A stretch of DNA of 64,000 nt from Alphaproteobacteria bacterium (GTDB taxonomy: Bacteria; Pseudomonadota; Alphaproteobacteria; UBA828). This document shows, piece after piece, positions 34,129-46,745 of the stretch. The position numbers and the translations under genes are program-made. The number at the start of each line of letters is the position of its first letter. Position 1 is the first letter of the stretch. The DNA lies in assembly GCA_965237415.1 (NCBI GenBank), contig CBDEFM010000002.1, positions 1,536,001-1,600,000 on the forward strand, in the 5' to 3' direction. Below the pieces are notes generated by a model. It did not search any database. It was not told where the DNA came from and saw nothing but the letters and a program-made list of their open reading frames with translations.

Positions 34129-36039
34129 ATGAGTCGAGACGGCAGTTCCTCACACGGCGGCAGCTCCGACCGCGACCCGGCGACGGACATCAAGCCGCGC
34201 GCCTATGCCCGCGCCTATGCGGGCATGGAGGGGGGCGGCTCGGCGCCGGGCGATGCGGAGATCGTCTGGCGGATCGTCAGGATCGCGCTGCGCTACCGCG
34301 CCGGGATCGCGGTGGCGCTGCTGGCCACTCTGGCCGCGTCGGCCTTCCAGCTCGCGATTCCCGGCCTGGTCGGCGATGCGGTGGACGGCGCGCTCAGGCT
34401 GCTCGACGACGGCGCGGCGACGCCCGAGGCGGCGCGGGGGGCGCTCTACCACGCGGCGCTCCTGCTGCTCGGCGCCTCGATCCTGCGCGGGGTCTTCACC
34501 CTCGCCCACAACTATAGCGGCGAGGCGATCGGCCACCGCCTCGCCCACGACCTCCGCCTCACCTTCTACCAGAAGCTCCAGCGCCTCGGCTTCTCCTTCC
34601 ACGACCGGATCCACACCGGCGAGCTGATCACCCGCGGCATGCTCGACCTCGAAGGCGTGCGCACGCTGATCAACGCGGGGCTGCTGCGCGCGGTGCAGAT
34701 GGTTGTGCTGGTCAGCGCCGGCGCGGCGCTGCTGCTCACCACCGACACGGTCCTCGGGCTCTTGAGCCTGAGCTTCGTCCCCTATATCGCCTGGCGGTCG
34801 ACGACGACGCGGCTCCGGCTGCGCTATCTGTGGACCCTGTTTCAGGACCGGATGGCGGTGCTCGGCCGCATCATGGACGAGAACCTGACCGGCATAAGGG
34901 TGGTCCGCGCCTTCGGCGCCGAGCCGTTCGAGCTCGGCAAGTACGACGAGGCGGCGGCCGAGGCGCTGCTTCTGTCGTCGCGGCGCATCAATGTCCGCGT
35001 CGCCTCGACCACGGAGATGACATTTGCCTATTTCGTCTCCATGGGGCTGGTGCTCTGGGTCGGCGGCGAGCGGGTGATCGCGGGCACGATGACGCTCGGG
35101 ACGCTGACCGAGTTCCTCACCTTCATTACCATATTGCAGCTCCCGGTGCGCTCGCTCGGGCTGGTTGTGAATTCCTTCGCGCGGGGCACGTCCTGCGGCG
35201 CGCGGCTGTTCGCGGTGATCGATCTGGAGCCGACGATCCGCGATGCCCCGGACGCGCGCGAGCTCGCGGTGACCGAAGGCACGTTGCGCTTCGAGAATGT
35301 CAGCTTCGCCTATGACGAGGACGGCCCGCTCGCCCTCGACGGGGTCTCCTTCGAGGTCCGGCGCGGGCGGATGCTCGGCATCGTCGGCCCGCCGGGCAGC
35401 GGCAAGTCCACCATCACCCATCTGCTGCCCCGCTACTACGACGTAACCGGCGGGCGCATCGCCATCGACGGGCAGGACATAAGGGGCGTCACCCTCGACA
35501 GCCTGCGCCGCGCCGTCCGCGTGGTGCAGCAGGACCCGTTCCTGTTCACCGCCTCGATCGACAACAACATCGCCTATGGCGATCCGTGGACCGAGGAAGC
35601 CCCGATCCGCGACGCCGCCGGGCTGGCGCAGATCGACGGCTTCATCGGCCGCCTCGCCGAGGGCTACGAGACCCTGGTCGGCGAGCGCGGCGTGTCTCTG
35701 TCGGGCGGCCAGAAGCAGCGCGTGGCGATCGCGCGGACCGCGCTGCTCCACCCGGCGGTGCTGGTGTTCGACGACTCGACGGCGGCGATCGACGCGGCGA
35801 CCGAGAGCCAGATCCGCGAGGCGCTGGCGGAACGCGCCGAGGACACGGCGCGGATCGTCGTCTCGCACCGGCTCGCCGCGATCCGCGACGCCGACGAGAT
35901 CCTGGTGCTGGAAGCGGGGCGGGTGATCGAGCGCGGCACGCATGAGACCCTGATCGCCCGGGGCGGTAACTACGCCAGGATTTTTGCCCTGCAGGCCCGC
36001 GAAAGCCTCGACGGCGGATTGCAGGGGGCGGCGGAATGA
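34129..36039 (+). CDS. Heterodimeric ABC exporter subunit 1 (TMD plus NBD)
   Basis: six TM helices, GPPGSGKST, LSGGQKQR, degenerate Walker B FDDS. Confidence 0.9.
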   Translation: MSRDGSSSHGGSSDRDPATDIKPRAYARAYAGMEGGGSAPGDAEIVWRIVRIALRYRAGIAVALLATLAASAFQLAIPGLVGDAVDGALRLLDDGAATPEAARGALYHAALLLLGASILRGVFTLAHNYSGEAIGHRLAHDLRLTFYQKLQRLGFSFHDRIHTGELITRGMLDLEGVRTLINAGLLRAVQMVVLVSAGAALLLTTDTVLGLLSLSFVPYIAWRSTTTRLRLRYLWTLFQDRMAVLGRIMDENLTGIRVVRAFGAEPFELGKYDEAAAEALLLSSRRINVRVASTTEMTFAYFVSMGLVLWVGGERVIAGTMTLGTLTEFLTFITILQLPVRSLGLVVNSFARGTSCGARLFAVIDLEPTIRDAPDARELAVTEGTLRFENVSFAYDEDGPLALDGVSFEVRRGRMLGIVGPPGSGKSTITHLLPRYYDVTGGRIAIDGQDIRGVTLDSLRRAVRVVQQDPFLFTASIDNNIAYGDPWTEEAPIRDAAGLAQIDGFIGRLAEGYETLVGERGVSLSGGQKQRVAIARTALLHPAVLVFDDSTAAIDAATESQIREALAERAEDTARIVVSHRLAAIRDADEILVLEAGRVIERGTHETLIARGGNYARIFALQARESLDGGLQGAAE

Positions 36040-37910
36040 GCGCCGCCGTCGGATCGGCCCGGCCGCCGCGCGCCGTCGTCGGCTCGCAGATCAGCCGCGA
36101 CGAGGAGATATTCGGCGCCGCCTACGATCGCCGCGTGGCGAGCCGCTTCATGGCTTATGTCCGGCCCTATACGCGCTGGCTCCTGATCGCGCTCGGGGCG
36201 GTGCTGGTCTATACCGCGGCCCAGCTCCTGATCCCGCTGGTCATCCGCCACGCGATCGACGAGGCGATCCTCGCCGATGGCGGCGACGTCGTGCATCTGC
36301 AGCTCACCGCCGCCGTGTTCGGCGTGGTGATCCTGGTCAGCTACGCCGCCAGCTACCTCCAGGACCGCCTGGTCGGCCATATCGGCGAGCGGGTGATCTT
36401 CGATTTGCGCCGCGCCATGTTCGCCCATCTCCAGGAGGTGTCGCTCTCCTTCATGGACAAGACCGAGGTCGGGCGGATGATGTCCCGCCTGCAGGGCGAC
36501 GTGAACTCGCTGCAGGAATTCCTCGAAAACTCGGTTACCGCCTTCGGCGATCTGCTGCTGCTGGTGGGCATCGTTGTCATCATGCTGACGCTCAACCTGG
36601 AGCTCGGGCTGCTCACCCTGGTGCTGGTGCCGACGCTGGCGGTGGTCCGCATCGTCTGGCTGCCGCGGGCGAAGATCGCCTTCCGCCGCGCGCGCGAGAC
36701 CAACTCGATCGCCAACGGCGCGCTGGCCGAGGCGATCCACGCGGTGCGCACCGTCCAGGGCATGCGCCGCGAGGACGTCAATTTCCTGCTTTACGGCGAC
36801 AAGGCGGGCGAGAACCTCGACGCCCATCTGCGCGCGGCCAGATACGCCCAGGCGATGGTGCCGGTGGTCGACACCCTGACCGGGGCGGCGCTCGCCATCG
36901 TGGTGGTGCTGGGCGGCTCGCTGGTGCTCGACAGCGCGCTCGAAATCGGGGTGATGGTCGCCTTCCTGTTCTACGTCCAGCGCTTCTTCGACCCGATCCG
37001 CTCGCTCACCATCCAGTACAGCATCATGCAGCGCGCGATGGCGTCGGGGCAGCGCATCTTCGAGGTGCTCGACGTGGCGCTGGCGATCACCGACAAGCCG
37101 GACGCGCTGTTTCCCAAGCGGGTGCGGGGCGCGATCGATTTCGATTGCGTCACATTCGGCTACGCCCCCGGCCAGCCGGTGCTGCACGAGGTGAGCTTTT
37201 CGGTGGCGCCGGGCGAGACGGTGGCGCTGGTGGGTCCGACGGGCTCCGGCAAGACCAGCATCACCACCCTCCTCCACCGGTTCTACGATGTCTGGGAAGG
37301 ACGTATCTCGATCGACGGGCACGACGTCCGGGAATACGCCAAGGCGGCGCTCGGGCGGCACATCGCGATGGTCCTCCAGGACCCCTATCTGTTCACCGGC
37401 ACGGTGCTCGACAACATCCGCTTCTCCACCGACAAGGCGACCCGCGAGGACATCGAGCGCGCGGCCCGCGCGGTCGGCGCGCATGATTTCATCGTCCAGC
37501 TCGCCGACGGCTACGACACCGTCCTCGACCAGCAGGGGCGCAACCTCTCGCTCGGCCAGCGGCAGTTGCTGAGCTTCGCCCGCGCGCTGGTCGCCGACAC
37601 ACCGATCCTGATCCTCGACGAAGCGACCGCGAATATCGATTCCTACACCGAGCGCCAGATCCAGATCGCGCTGGCACGCCTGCTGGAGGGGCGCACCGGC
37701 ATCGTGATCGCCCACCGCCTCGCCACCGTGCGCGGCGCCGACCGCATCGTCGTCCTCAACGAGGGCCGGATCGTCGAGAGCGGCAACCACGAGGCGCTGA
37801 TCGAGGCCCAGGGCCTCTATGCCAGGCTGTACGCGTTCAACTACGCCTCGTTCGACGACATCCCCGACGATCTCGTCGCCCGGGTGTCGGGCGCGCGGGC
37901 GCGCACCTGA
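36036..37910 (+). CDS. Heterodimeric ABC exporter subunit 2 (TMD plus NBD)
   Basis: GPTGSGKTS, LSLGQRQL, ILDEAT; ATGA overlap with subunit 1. Confidence 0.9.
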   Translation: MSAAVGSARPPRAVVGSQISRDEEIFGAAYDRRVASRFMAYVRPYTRWLLIALGAVLVYTAAQLLIPLVIRHAIDEAILADGGDVVHLQLTAAVFGVVILVSYAASYLQDRLVGHIGERVIFDLRRAMFAHLQEVSLSFMDKTEVGRMMSRLQGDVNSLQEFLENSVTAFGDLLLLVGIVVIMLTLNLELGLLTLVLVPTLAVVRIVWLPRAKIAFRRARETNSIANGALAEAIHAVRTVQGMRREDVNFLLYGDKAGENLDAHLRAARYAQAMVPVVDTLTGAALAIVVVLGGSLVLDSALEIGVMVAFLFYVQRFFDPIRSLTIQYSIMQRAMASGQRIFEVLDVALAITDKPDALFPKRVRGAIDFDCVTFGYAPGQPVLHEVSFSVAPGETVALVGPTGSGKTSITTLLHRFYDVWEGRISIDGHDVREYAKAALGRHIAMVLQDPYLFTGTVLDNIRFSTDKATREDIERAARAVGAHDFIVQLADGYDTVLDQQGRNLSLGQRQLLSFARALVADTPILILDEATANIDSYTERQIQIALARLLEGRTGIVIAHRLATVRGADRIVVLNEGRIVESGNHEALIEAQGLYARLYAFNYASFDDIPDDLVARVSGARART

Positions 37911-38965
37911 TCCGGTGACCTCCTCCGACCGAACGCTCATCCGCCAGGGCTACGTGATCTACGCGTGTGCTCTGCACCGGGCTGGTGGCGAGCCAGTTCT
38001 TCCGGGTCTCCAACGCCGTCATCGCGCCCGAGCTGATGGTCGAGCTGGCGATCGGCACCGAGACCATGGGGGTGGTCAGCGGGACCTACTTCCTCGCCTT
38101 CGCGGCGATGCAGATCCCGGCCGGGATATTGCTCGACCGCTACGGCGCCAGGCGGATGGTGCCCGGGCTGTTCCTGCTCGCCGTCGCCGGCTCGCTGCTC
38201 TACGCCTGGGCGCAGAGCGGCCCGGAGCTGATCGCCGGTCGTGCCCTGGCATCGGCTGCGCGCTGGGGCTGATGGGCCCGATGGTGGTGATCGCCCGCTG
38301 GTTCGAGCGCGAACGCTACGCGAGGCTGATCTCGCTCCTCTTCACCATCGGCGGGCTCGGCGCGCTGATGGCCTCGACCCCGCTCGCCGCGGTGTCGGAG
38401 GCGATCGGCTGGCGCGGCGCGTTCCTGGCGATGGCGGCGGTCACCGGCGTCATCGCGATCCTGCTCTTCGTGGTCGTCCGCGACGCGCCGCCGGGCGCCG
38501 CCCCGGCGGAATCCGGGGTGGAGACCGCGGCCGAGATGTGGCGCGGGCTGGGCCGGGTGCTGGCGCTCCGCGATATGCGCTGGATCTGCGCCGTCCAGTT
38601 CGTGAGCTACGGCACGATGATCACCATCGTCGGGCTGTGGGCCGGCCCCTATCTCAACGATGTCCACGGGCTGCGCGGGGTCGACCGCGGCAACGCCTTG
38701 CTCGGCCTCAACATCGTGCTGTTGGGCTCGGTTCTGCTGTTCAGCCATGTCGAGCGCTGGCTCGATTCGCGCAAGACCGCGGTCCTGGGCGGCGGCTGCC
38801 TCGCGGTCGAGCTGCTGATCGTCCTCGCCCTGGTCCCCGGCCTCGGCCTCTGGGCCGCGCTCGGCCTGCTCGGCCTGTTCACTGTCGCCAGCGCGTTCTT
38901 CATGCTGATCCACGCGCATGCCCGCGCGATCCTGCCCGACCGGCTGATCGGCCGCGGTCTCACCC

Positions 38966-40357
38966 GAGCTATGGCCGAGAGTGGGTGACGGGCTGAGAGA
39001 AGGAGGTGGCGTATTGTGGGGGGTGACGAAGCCTCCCGGTCTCCAAGCAAGGAGTGATACGCCATGACGGAAGATAGTGTTGTCGCGCTGCACCATCCAG
39101 GGGTGACGGCCGATCCGCTGACCGAAGTACTCCGCGCCGGAGCTCGCGAGCTCCTGGCACAGGCCATTGAAGCGGAGGTTGCCGCCGTGCTGGCGGCGCA
39201 TGAACATCTGAAGACCGAAGACGGCCGCCGGCGCCTGGTGCGTCATGGCCACGGGCCGGAACGGGCGATCCTGACTGGCATTGGTCCTGTGTCTGTGCGG
39301 CGCCCGAAGGTCCGGGACCGTGGCAGCGTCGGAGGAGAGCGCATCCGTTTCACGTCGGCCATTCTGCCCCGTTTCGCGCGGCGGACGCGGTCGCTGGATG
39401 CGGTTTTGCCGACGCTCTACCTTCGTGGCGTGTCCAGCGGGGACTTCCAGGAGGCGCTGGAGGCGTTGCTCGGCAAGGACGCCTCTGGCTTGTCGGCGCA
39501 GGTGATCGGCCGCCTGAAGGCGGAGTGGGAGGCCGAGCACGAGCGCTGGTGCCGGCGCGACCTGTCGGCCCGACGCTACGTCTACATGTGGGCCGATGGC
39601 ATCCATCTCCAGGGTCGGCTGGAGGACGAGAAGCAATGCATTCTGGTCCTCATCGGCGCCACGCCGGAGGGACGCAAGGAACTCGTGGGCTTCCAGGCGG
39701 GGGTGCGCGAGAGCGCCCAGAGCTGGCGTGAGTTGCTGGCATGCCTGCGCGGGCGCGGGCTCACGATTGGTCCCGAGCTCGCCATCGGCGATGGCGCTCT
39801 GGGCTTCTGGAAGGCGCTGGAGGAGATCTTTCCCGACACCCGCCGCCAGCGCTGCTGGGTCCACAAGACAGCCAATGTCTTGAACAAGCTGCCGAAGTCG
39901 CGACAAACGGCCGCCGAAGCTGCCCTGCATGATATCTGGATGGCGGATGGCCGCGCCGAGGCCGAGAGGGCGATGAATACTTTCGCCGCCAAGTACGACG
40001 CCACATACCCCCAAGCCGTCGCCTGCTTGACAAAGGACCGCGACGCCTTGCTGGCCTTCTACGACTTCCCGGCCGAGCACTGGCGGCATATCAGGACGAC
40101 CAATCCAATCGAAAGCGTCTTCGCTACCGTCCGCCACCGCACCGTGCGCACCAAGGGCTGCTTGTCTCACGGGACAACTCTGGCCATGGTCTTCAAGCCG
40201 ATCACCACCGCCAGCAAGACCTGGCGGCGGCTCATGGGAAACAATCAGTTGCCCAAGGTCATCGAAGGTGTGAGATTCAAAGACGGTATGCAGATCGACG
40301 AAACCAAAACTCGCGCCGCCGCCTGATCACGCCGTCACCCAAAATCGGGCATAACTC
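38966..40357 (+). mobile_element. IS256-family insertion sequence (copy B), complete
   Basis: IRs GAGCTATGGCCGAGAGTGGGTGACGG / CCGTCACCCAAAATCGGGCATAACTC; 9-bp duplication GTCTCACCC at 38957-38965 and 40358-40366. Confidence 0.93.
39064..40326 (+). CDS. IS256-family transposase
   Basis: YMWADGI, GDGALGFW, QRCWVHK, RTTNPIES. Confidence 0.93.
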   Translation: MTEDSVVALHHPGVTADPLTEVLRAGARELLAQAIEAEVAAVLAAHEHLKTEDGRRRLVRHGHGPERAILTGIGPVSVRRPKVRDRGSVGGERIRFTSAILPRFARRTRSLDAVLPTLYLRGVSSGDFQEALEALLGKDASGLSAQVIGRLKAEWEAEHERWCRRDLSARRYVYMWADGIHLQGRLEDEKQCILVLIGATPEGRKELVGFQAGVRESAQSWRELLACLRGRGLTIGPELAIGDGALGFWKALEEIFPDTRRQRCWVHKTANVLNKLPKSRQTAAEAALHDIWMADGRAEAERAMNTFAAKYDATYPQAVACLTKDRDALLAFYDFPAEHWRHIRTTNPIESVFATVRHRTVRTKGCLSHGTTLAMVFKPITTASKTWRRLMGNNQLPKVIEGVRFKDGMQIDETKTRAAA

Positions 40358-41179
40358 GTCTCACCCTCCAGAACCTCTCGGTGATGCTCGGCGTGTTCGT
40401 GCTGCAGGCGATCGCCGGGGTGATCGTCGGCGCCTTCGCGCCCGAGGGCACCCGTCGCTAGCGGGGCCCTCGTGATTGAATTCCAGCGATTCCCGCATCC
40501 CCTCAACGCGCTCGGCACAGCCCGCCAGGATTCTTCGACAACATCATTGAGTGCAACGCCGCGGAGCGGGCTTCGCAGCCGCGCCGTCGACCGGGCACGG
40601 GCAGGTTGGGCATCTGTAGGTAATGGTTGGCTCAACCGAATCGGTCCTCGGCCGATAAGTATACGCTAACACACACGCTGATATGCGTTGACGCTGGAGC
40701 AGGGCTGTTCACGACGAGCTTACACCTCACTGCACACCGCGTAGAGAGCCATTTAGGCCACCGACGATATTCACGATGTTTCAGCTATTAGTGGCCGTCT
40801 TTGCGCTCAACTCGCGGACATTTTGTGTATTCGGCCCTTAGATATTCAACGTCTTCCTCCTCGGCTCCGTACGGGCCCGCGGTTCGCTCCGACCAGCCTC
40901 GACCGCAATGTGACGCTCAGGCCAGTCCGTGCTTTCCTTTATCAGCTCGCCCCGCTCCGACGCCGAGGGCCCGGCGATCTCGCCGTCTGAATCTCCAAAA
41001 TGGTGAGGGCGGGGTGCGCGAAGATGCGCACGACAAGGCGGCAGATTAGTTATCGTCCCAGCTACGGGGTTCTGAACCCAGAGTCCAACCACCCTGACCT
41101 TGAACGTCGGCCCCGTGCTCGGAACACGCGCGGAATGCACCTGCGTCCGATCTCCACCGAGCGGCGCGGCCATCCATTC

Positions 41180-41953
41180 TCACACCCAGCCACCGTCGGC
41201 TACGTAGTTCTGGTTTGTGCAGATACCGCTGTCGGCGGAAGCGAAAAACAACACCACTCGTGCCAGCTCTTCGGGCGTCAGTTTGCGCTTCAGGCACTGG
41301 CGGGCCAGCAGCTCCTTTTCGCCATCGGGCGTCAGCCACTTGTCGATCTGCCGTTGGGTCAATATCCAACCGGGAAGAACCGAGTTGACCCGGATGTTGG
41401 ACGGCCCCAAGTCGCGTGCCAGCGAACGTGTCAGCCCGGCCACGGCGGCCTTGGCAGCGGAGTAGCAGGGCATGCCGCCCTGGCCGATCATCCAGCTCAC
41501 CGACCCGATGTTGACGATAGAGCCGCCGCCTGCGGCCGCCATCGACCTGTGCACTGCCTGGACGGCAAAGAATTGGTGCCGCAGATTGATGGCGATGCGC
41601 TCATCGAAATATTCCGGCGTCACCTGGTCTATGGTGTGCCGATCGTCGTTCGCGGCGTTATTGACCAACACGGTAATCGCTCCGTCTGTAGCGATCGTCT
41701 GCTCGATGCTGACCTGCAGCGCCGCGATGTCCACAAGATCGCAATGCTGGTAGCGCGGCGGCACCAAGCCGCGGGCCTCGATTCTCGCGATCAGCGTTTG
41801 AGCGCTGGAATCGTCGATGTCGACGAAACTGACCTTCGCGCCCTGCTCGCAAAACTTTTCGGTGATCGCGCCGCCGATGCCCGAGGCTCCGCCGGTGATG
41901 AAGACCACCCGGTCCTTCAGGCTCGGATAGATGGCCTCCTGACTCTCGTTCAT
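41180..41953 (-). CDS. SDR oxidoreductase, D-xylose 1-dehydrogenase (Caulobacter XylB)-like
   Basis: AIYPSLK..V.ITGG.SGIG, NNAANDDRH, YSAAK, TQRQ..W.TP.GE....QCLK. Confidence 0.8.
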   Translation of the reverse strand: MNESQEAIYPSLKDRVVFITGGASGIGGAITEKFCEQGAKVSFVDIDDSSAQTLIARIEARGLVPPRYQHCDLVDIAALQVSIEQTIATDGAITVLVNNAANDDRHTIDQVTPEYFDERIAINLRHQFFAVQAVHRSMAAAGGGSIVNIGSVSWMIGQGGMPCYSAAKAAVAGLTRSLARDLGPSNIRVNSVLPGWILTQRQIDKWLTPDGEKELLARQCLKRKLTPEELARVVLFFASADSGICTNQNYVADGGWV

Positions 41954-42030
41954 TGCGGTTCTCCTCGGAAGCACAGCCAGACACCGCCACACCGGCGCGG
42001 CTCCACGTTGGGGGCCATTACGCCCATGCT

Positions 42031-43062
42031 CTAGCCGCCGTCAGCCTTGGCCGGCGCCGATCGCGTGCCGTCCCGCCGCCGCTTGCGGCCGCCACTCAAT
42101 CGCGTCTGCAAGAGAATGACGACGAAGAGAAAGGCGCCCCTGATGACAAGCTGCCAATAGGCACTCAGGCTGATTGTGCCGCGCCCGTTCTCGAAGTTCA
42201 GGATGTTGAAGAGCAGGCCAAGCAGCAATGCGCCGGCCACCGTCGCCGGAATCGATCCCAGGCCCCCTGTCAACAAGGTCCCGCCGACCACGACCGAGGC
42301 AATCGCTGCGAGTTCCCAGCCCAGCCCTTCCAGCGGCTGGCCCGCGCCGAAGCCGGAGGCCAGGATCACCCCTGCGAGACCCGCGCAGCCACCGCTGAAC
42401 AGATAGACGAATACCTTTGTACGGTTGACCCGCAGTCCCATCAGCGTCGAGGCTTCTTCGCTATCGCCGATCGCAAGCACCGTGCGTCCGAGCGAGGTCC
42501 GCTCCAGCACGCACCAGGCGCCCAGCGCCACCACGGCGGTGAGGACTATCGTCCACGGCAGTACGCCGAACGCGGTCTCCATGCCCAGCTTTGTGAAATT
42601 GCTGCCCCAGTCGATGCCGATGGTCTTGGCGCCGCTCAGCACCAGCGCGCCGCCCTTGGCGGCAAGCATGCCGGCCAGTGTGGCGATGAACGGCGGAACC
42701 CGCATGACGATGATGACGAAGGCATGGATTGCGCCGAAACCGAGACCGGCCAGCACTCCGCCGGGCAGAGCGACTTGCAGGCCATAGGGGCTGAGATAGG
42801 CCGCGACCACCGACGCGAAAGCAGCGACAGAGCCCACAGACAGGTCGATGCCGCCGGTCATGATCACGAAACACATGCCGATCGCGATCAGGATGAACAT
42901 CGAGTTGTAGTTGAGAAACGACGCGATGTTGTAGGCGCTTCCGAAGTTCTCGTACCGCAGCAGACCGAAAACGATGAGCGCCGCCAGCGCTATCCACACG
43001 CCGTTGGACCGAGCGTTTCCACGCAGATATTTCCTGAGGTCGAAGAGAGACGGGTTCGGCAC
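42031..43062 (-). CDS. Sugar ABC permease 2 (YjfF-like)
   Basis: GGIDLSVGS, PPFIATLAG, ELAAIASVVVGGT. Confidence 0.9.
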   Translation of the reverse strand: MPNPSLFDLRKYLRGNARSNGVWIALAALIVFGLLRYENFGSAYNIASFLNYNSMFILIAIGMCFVIMTGGIDLSVGSVAAFASVVAAYLSPYGLQVALPGGVLAGLGFGAIHAFVIIVMRVPPFIATLAGMLAAKGGALVLSGAKTIGIDWGSNFTKLGMETAFGVLPWTIVLTAVVALGAWCVLERTSLGRTVLAIGDSEEASTLMGLRVNRTKVFVYLFSGGCAGLAGVILASGFGAGQPLEGLGWELAAIASVVVGGTLLTGGLGSIPATVAGALLLGLLFNILNFENGRGTISLSAYWQLVIRGAFLFVVILLQTRLSGGRKRRRDGTRSAPAKADGG

Positions 43063-43067
43063 GATCC

Positions 43068-44068
43068 CTATTCCCTGCGCGCCTGCTGCAGATACACCGC
43101 CAGCACGATGATGATTGCCTTGACGATCAGTGCGACCTCGTCCTCCACGCCGTTGGCGAGCAGGGTATACTTGACCAACTGGATGATGACCGCGCCCAGG
43201 ACGGCGCCGAAGATGGGCGCGCGCCCACCGTGCAGCACCGCGCCGCCCACCACCGCCGCGGCTATGGCGTCCAGCTCCATCAGGTTTCCGTTGCGTGCCG
43301 CGTCCGAGGCCGAGTTGATCGCAACGACGATCAGCCCGCCGATCCCGGAGAGGACGGCGCAGATGACGTAGGCGCCGATCTTGACGCCGCGCACCGGAGA
43401 ACCGGACAGGCTGGCGGCGCGCTCGTTGCCGCCGATCGCCAGGAGGTAGCGCCCGAACACCGTGCGGTTGACCAGCCAGAAGACCATCGCTGCCAAGCCA
43501 AGCGCGAGCCAGCCCTGGAATGGCAGGCCCAGAATCTTGCCCGTGCCCAGGTAGCTGAACGACGGATTGGAGAACGTCTGCAAGTTGCCGTTGGTCAGAA
43601 CCTGCGCGACGCCGCGCCCGGAGATGAACAGGATCAAGGTCGCGATGATCGGCTGAATACCCAGGAAACTGACCATCATTCCGTTGAACAGGCCGCAGGC
43701 TGCGGCAGCGATCAGGGGCAGCACGAAGGCGGCGGCCAGCGCCAGCGCCGGATGCTCCACGCCAAAGGTCGACGTAAAGATTAGCGGGGCCAGGGCACCG
43801 GCCAGCGCCATGACCGCGCCGACCGAAAGATCGATGCCCCGGGTTGCGATGACGAGCGTCATGCCGGTGGCGACTATGGCGATCGTCGCCACCTGGCTGA
43901 TGTTCACGAAGAGCGTCTGCAGTTGCAGGAAGTTCGGGGTGACCAGAGCATTGAAGATCAGCAGCGCCAGCAGCGCCATCAGGGTGCCGTGCTCGCGCAG
44001 CTTTCGCCACCCCGAGACGCCCGCGGTCGGGAGCGTGCGCCACCTCGATTGCGGCTGGTGGTTGGTGC

Positions 44069-44072
<4 letters not shown>
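43068..44072 (-). CDS. Sugar ABC permease 1 (YtfT-like)
   Basis: GIDLSVGA, IQPIIATL, AIGGNERAA, ELDAIAA. Confidence 0.9.
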
Positions 44073-45628
<1,556 letters not shown>

Positions 45629-45632
45629 GAAA

Positions 45633-45662
45633 GAAGCGGAACCGCAGCAGCGGTCCCGCTTC
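45633..45662 (-). promoter_or_regulatory. Intercistronic stem-loop after the sugar SBP
   Basis: GAAGCGGAACCGC / GCGGTCCCGCTTC inverted repeat. Confidence 0.5.
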
Positions 45663-45682
45663 CCGACCGAGGGCCGTGAAAA

Positions 45683-46657
45683 TCAGTAAGCGCTGTCGAT
45701 ATGCATCGCGGCGTTCGCCTTGGTGAAGATGCGGTCTTCGACCTTGACCCAGGGTTCGATGGTTTCGCCGTTCGTGTAGCGCTTCATCGTCTCGCAGGCC
45801 AGGGGGCCGAAGAAGGGCGAGGACTCCACCGTCACGCCCATCTTGCCGTCGATGATGGCTTGCAGCGCGTCGCGCGTTCCGTCGATCGACACGACAAGCA
45901 CGTCGTCGCCCGGCTTGCGGCCGGCCAACTCCAGCGCCTGGATGGCGCCGATGGCCATTTCGTCGTTGTGGGCATAGACGATGTTCACGTCGGGATGCGC
46001 CTGAAGCAAGGTCTCCATCACCTGGCGCCCGAGGTCGCGCGCGAAATCGCCGGTCTGGGAGGCAACGATGGTCATGTTGTCATGCATGGCCATGACGTCG
46101 TCGAAACCCTTTTTGCGGTCGTTGGCCGGAGACGATCCGGTCGTGCCTTCCAGCTCCACGATGATGCCCGCGTCGCCCTTGAAGTTCTCGAGCGTCCATT
46201 CGGCGACACGGCGGCCCTGATCGACGAAGTCGGAACCCAGGAACGCCACGTAGTGCTCGCCGGCCCTGGCCACATTCGGATCGACAGAGCGGTCGACCAG
46301 GAACGTGGGAATGTTGGCGGCTTTGGCCTTCATCACCGCGGGCAACAGCGGCTTTTCCTCGCGCGGGGGCAGGAACAGGACATCGATGCCCTGCGCGATC
46401 ATGGAATCCACGTCGGCGACCTGCTTGGCCGCGGAACCGGCGGCATCGGTTGCAACCAGGTCCCATCCACACTCGTCGGCGGTGTCATGGAAGGACTTGG
46501 TCTCTGCGATACGCCACGGATTGTTGCTTTCCATCTGCGCGAATCCGACCTTGTAGCGATCCTTCTTGGTCAAGGGAGGCAGATCTGCGGCGAGTGCACT
46601 TGACGCGACGAGAACCAAGCCTGCGGCCGTCGCAATCAAACGGGTGAGTCGGGTCAT
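45683..46657 (-). CDS. Sugar ABC substrate-binding protein (YtfQ-like)
   Basis: signal peptide, VGFAQMESNNPWRIAET, FLVDR, AHNDEMAIGA, SIDG. Confidence 0.9.
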   Translation of the reverse strand: MTRLTRLIATAAGLVLVASSALAADLPPLTKKDRYKVGFAQMESNNPWRIAETKSFHDTADECGWDLVATDAAGSAAKQVADVDSMIAQGIDVLFLPPREEKPLLPAVMKAKAANIPTFLVDRSVDPNVARAGEHYVAFLGSDFVDQGRRVAEWTLENFKGDAGIIVELEGTTGSSPANDRKKGFDDVMAMHDNMTIVASQTGDFARDLGRQVMETLLQAHPDVNIVYAHNDEMAIGAIQALELAGRKPGDDVLVVSIDGTRDALQAIIDGKMGVTVESSPFFGPLACETMKRYTNGETIEPWVKVEDRIFTKANAAMHIDSAY

Positions 46658-46729
46658 GAGATCCTCTCCTGTTCTGCGGCGGCGCATTCCGCCTTGAGAT
46701 GAGTAGACCATGACGGTTGCAATCCGGTC

Positions 46730-46743
46730 AATAAATATTTATT
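46730..46743. promoter_or_regulatory. Candidate LacI-family operator
   Basis: perfect palindrome AATAAATATTTATT upstream of the sugar operon; related TGATAAATATGCATTCA at about 48780. Confidence 0.5.
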
Positions 46744-46745
46744 AT

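Larger units (their letters stand above)
37915..40461 (+). pseudogene. MFS transporter with two frameshifts, interrupted by IS256
   Basis: SQFFRVSNAVIAPEL, GILLDRYGAR, GWRGAF; frame changes near 37965 and 38250; reading resumes LTLQNLSVMLGVF after 40357. Confidence 0.82.
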
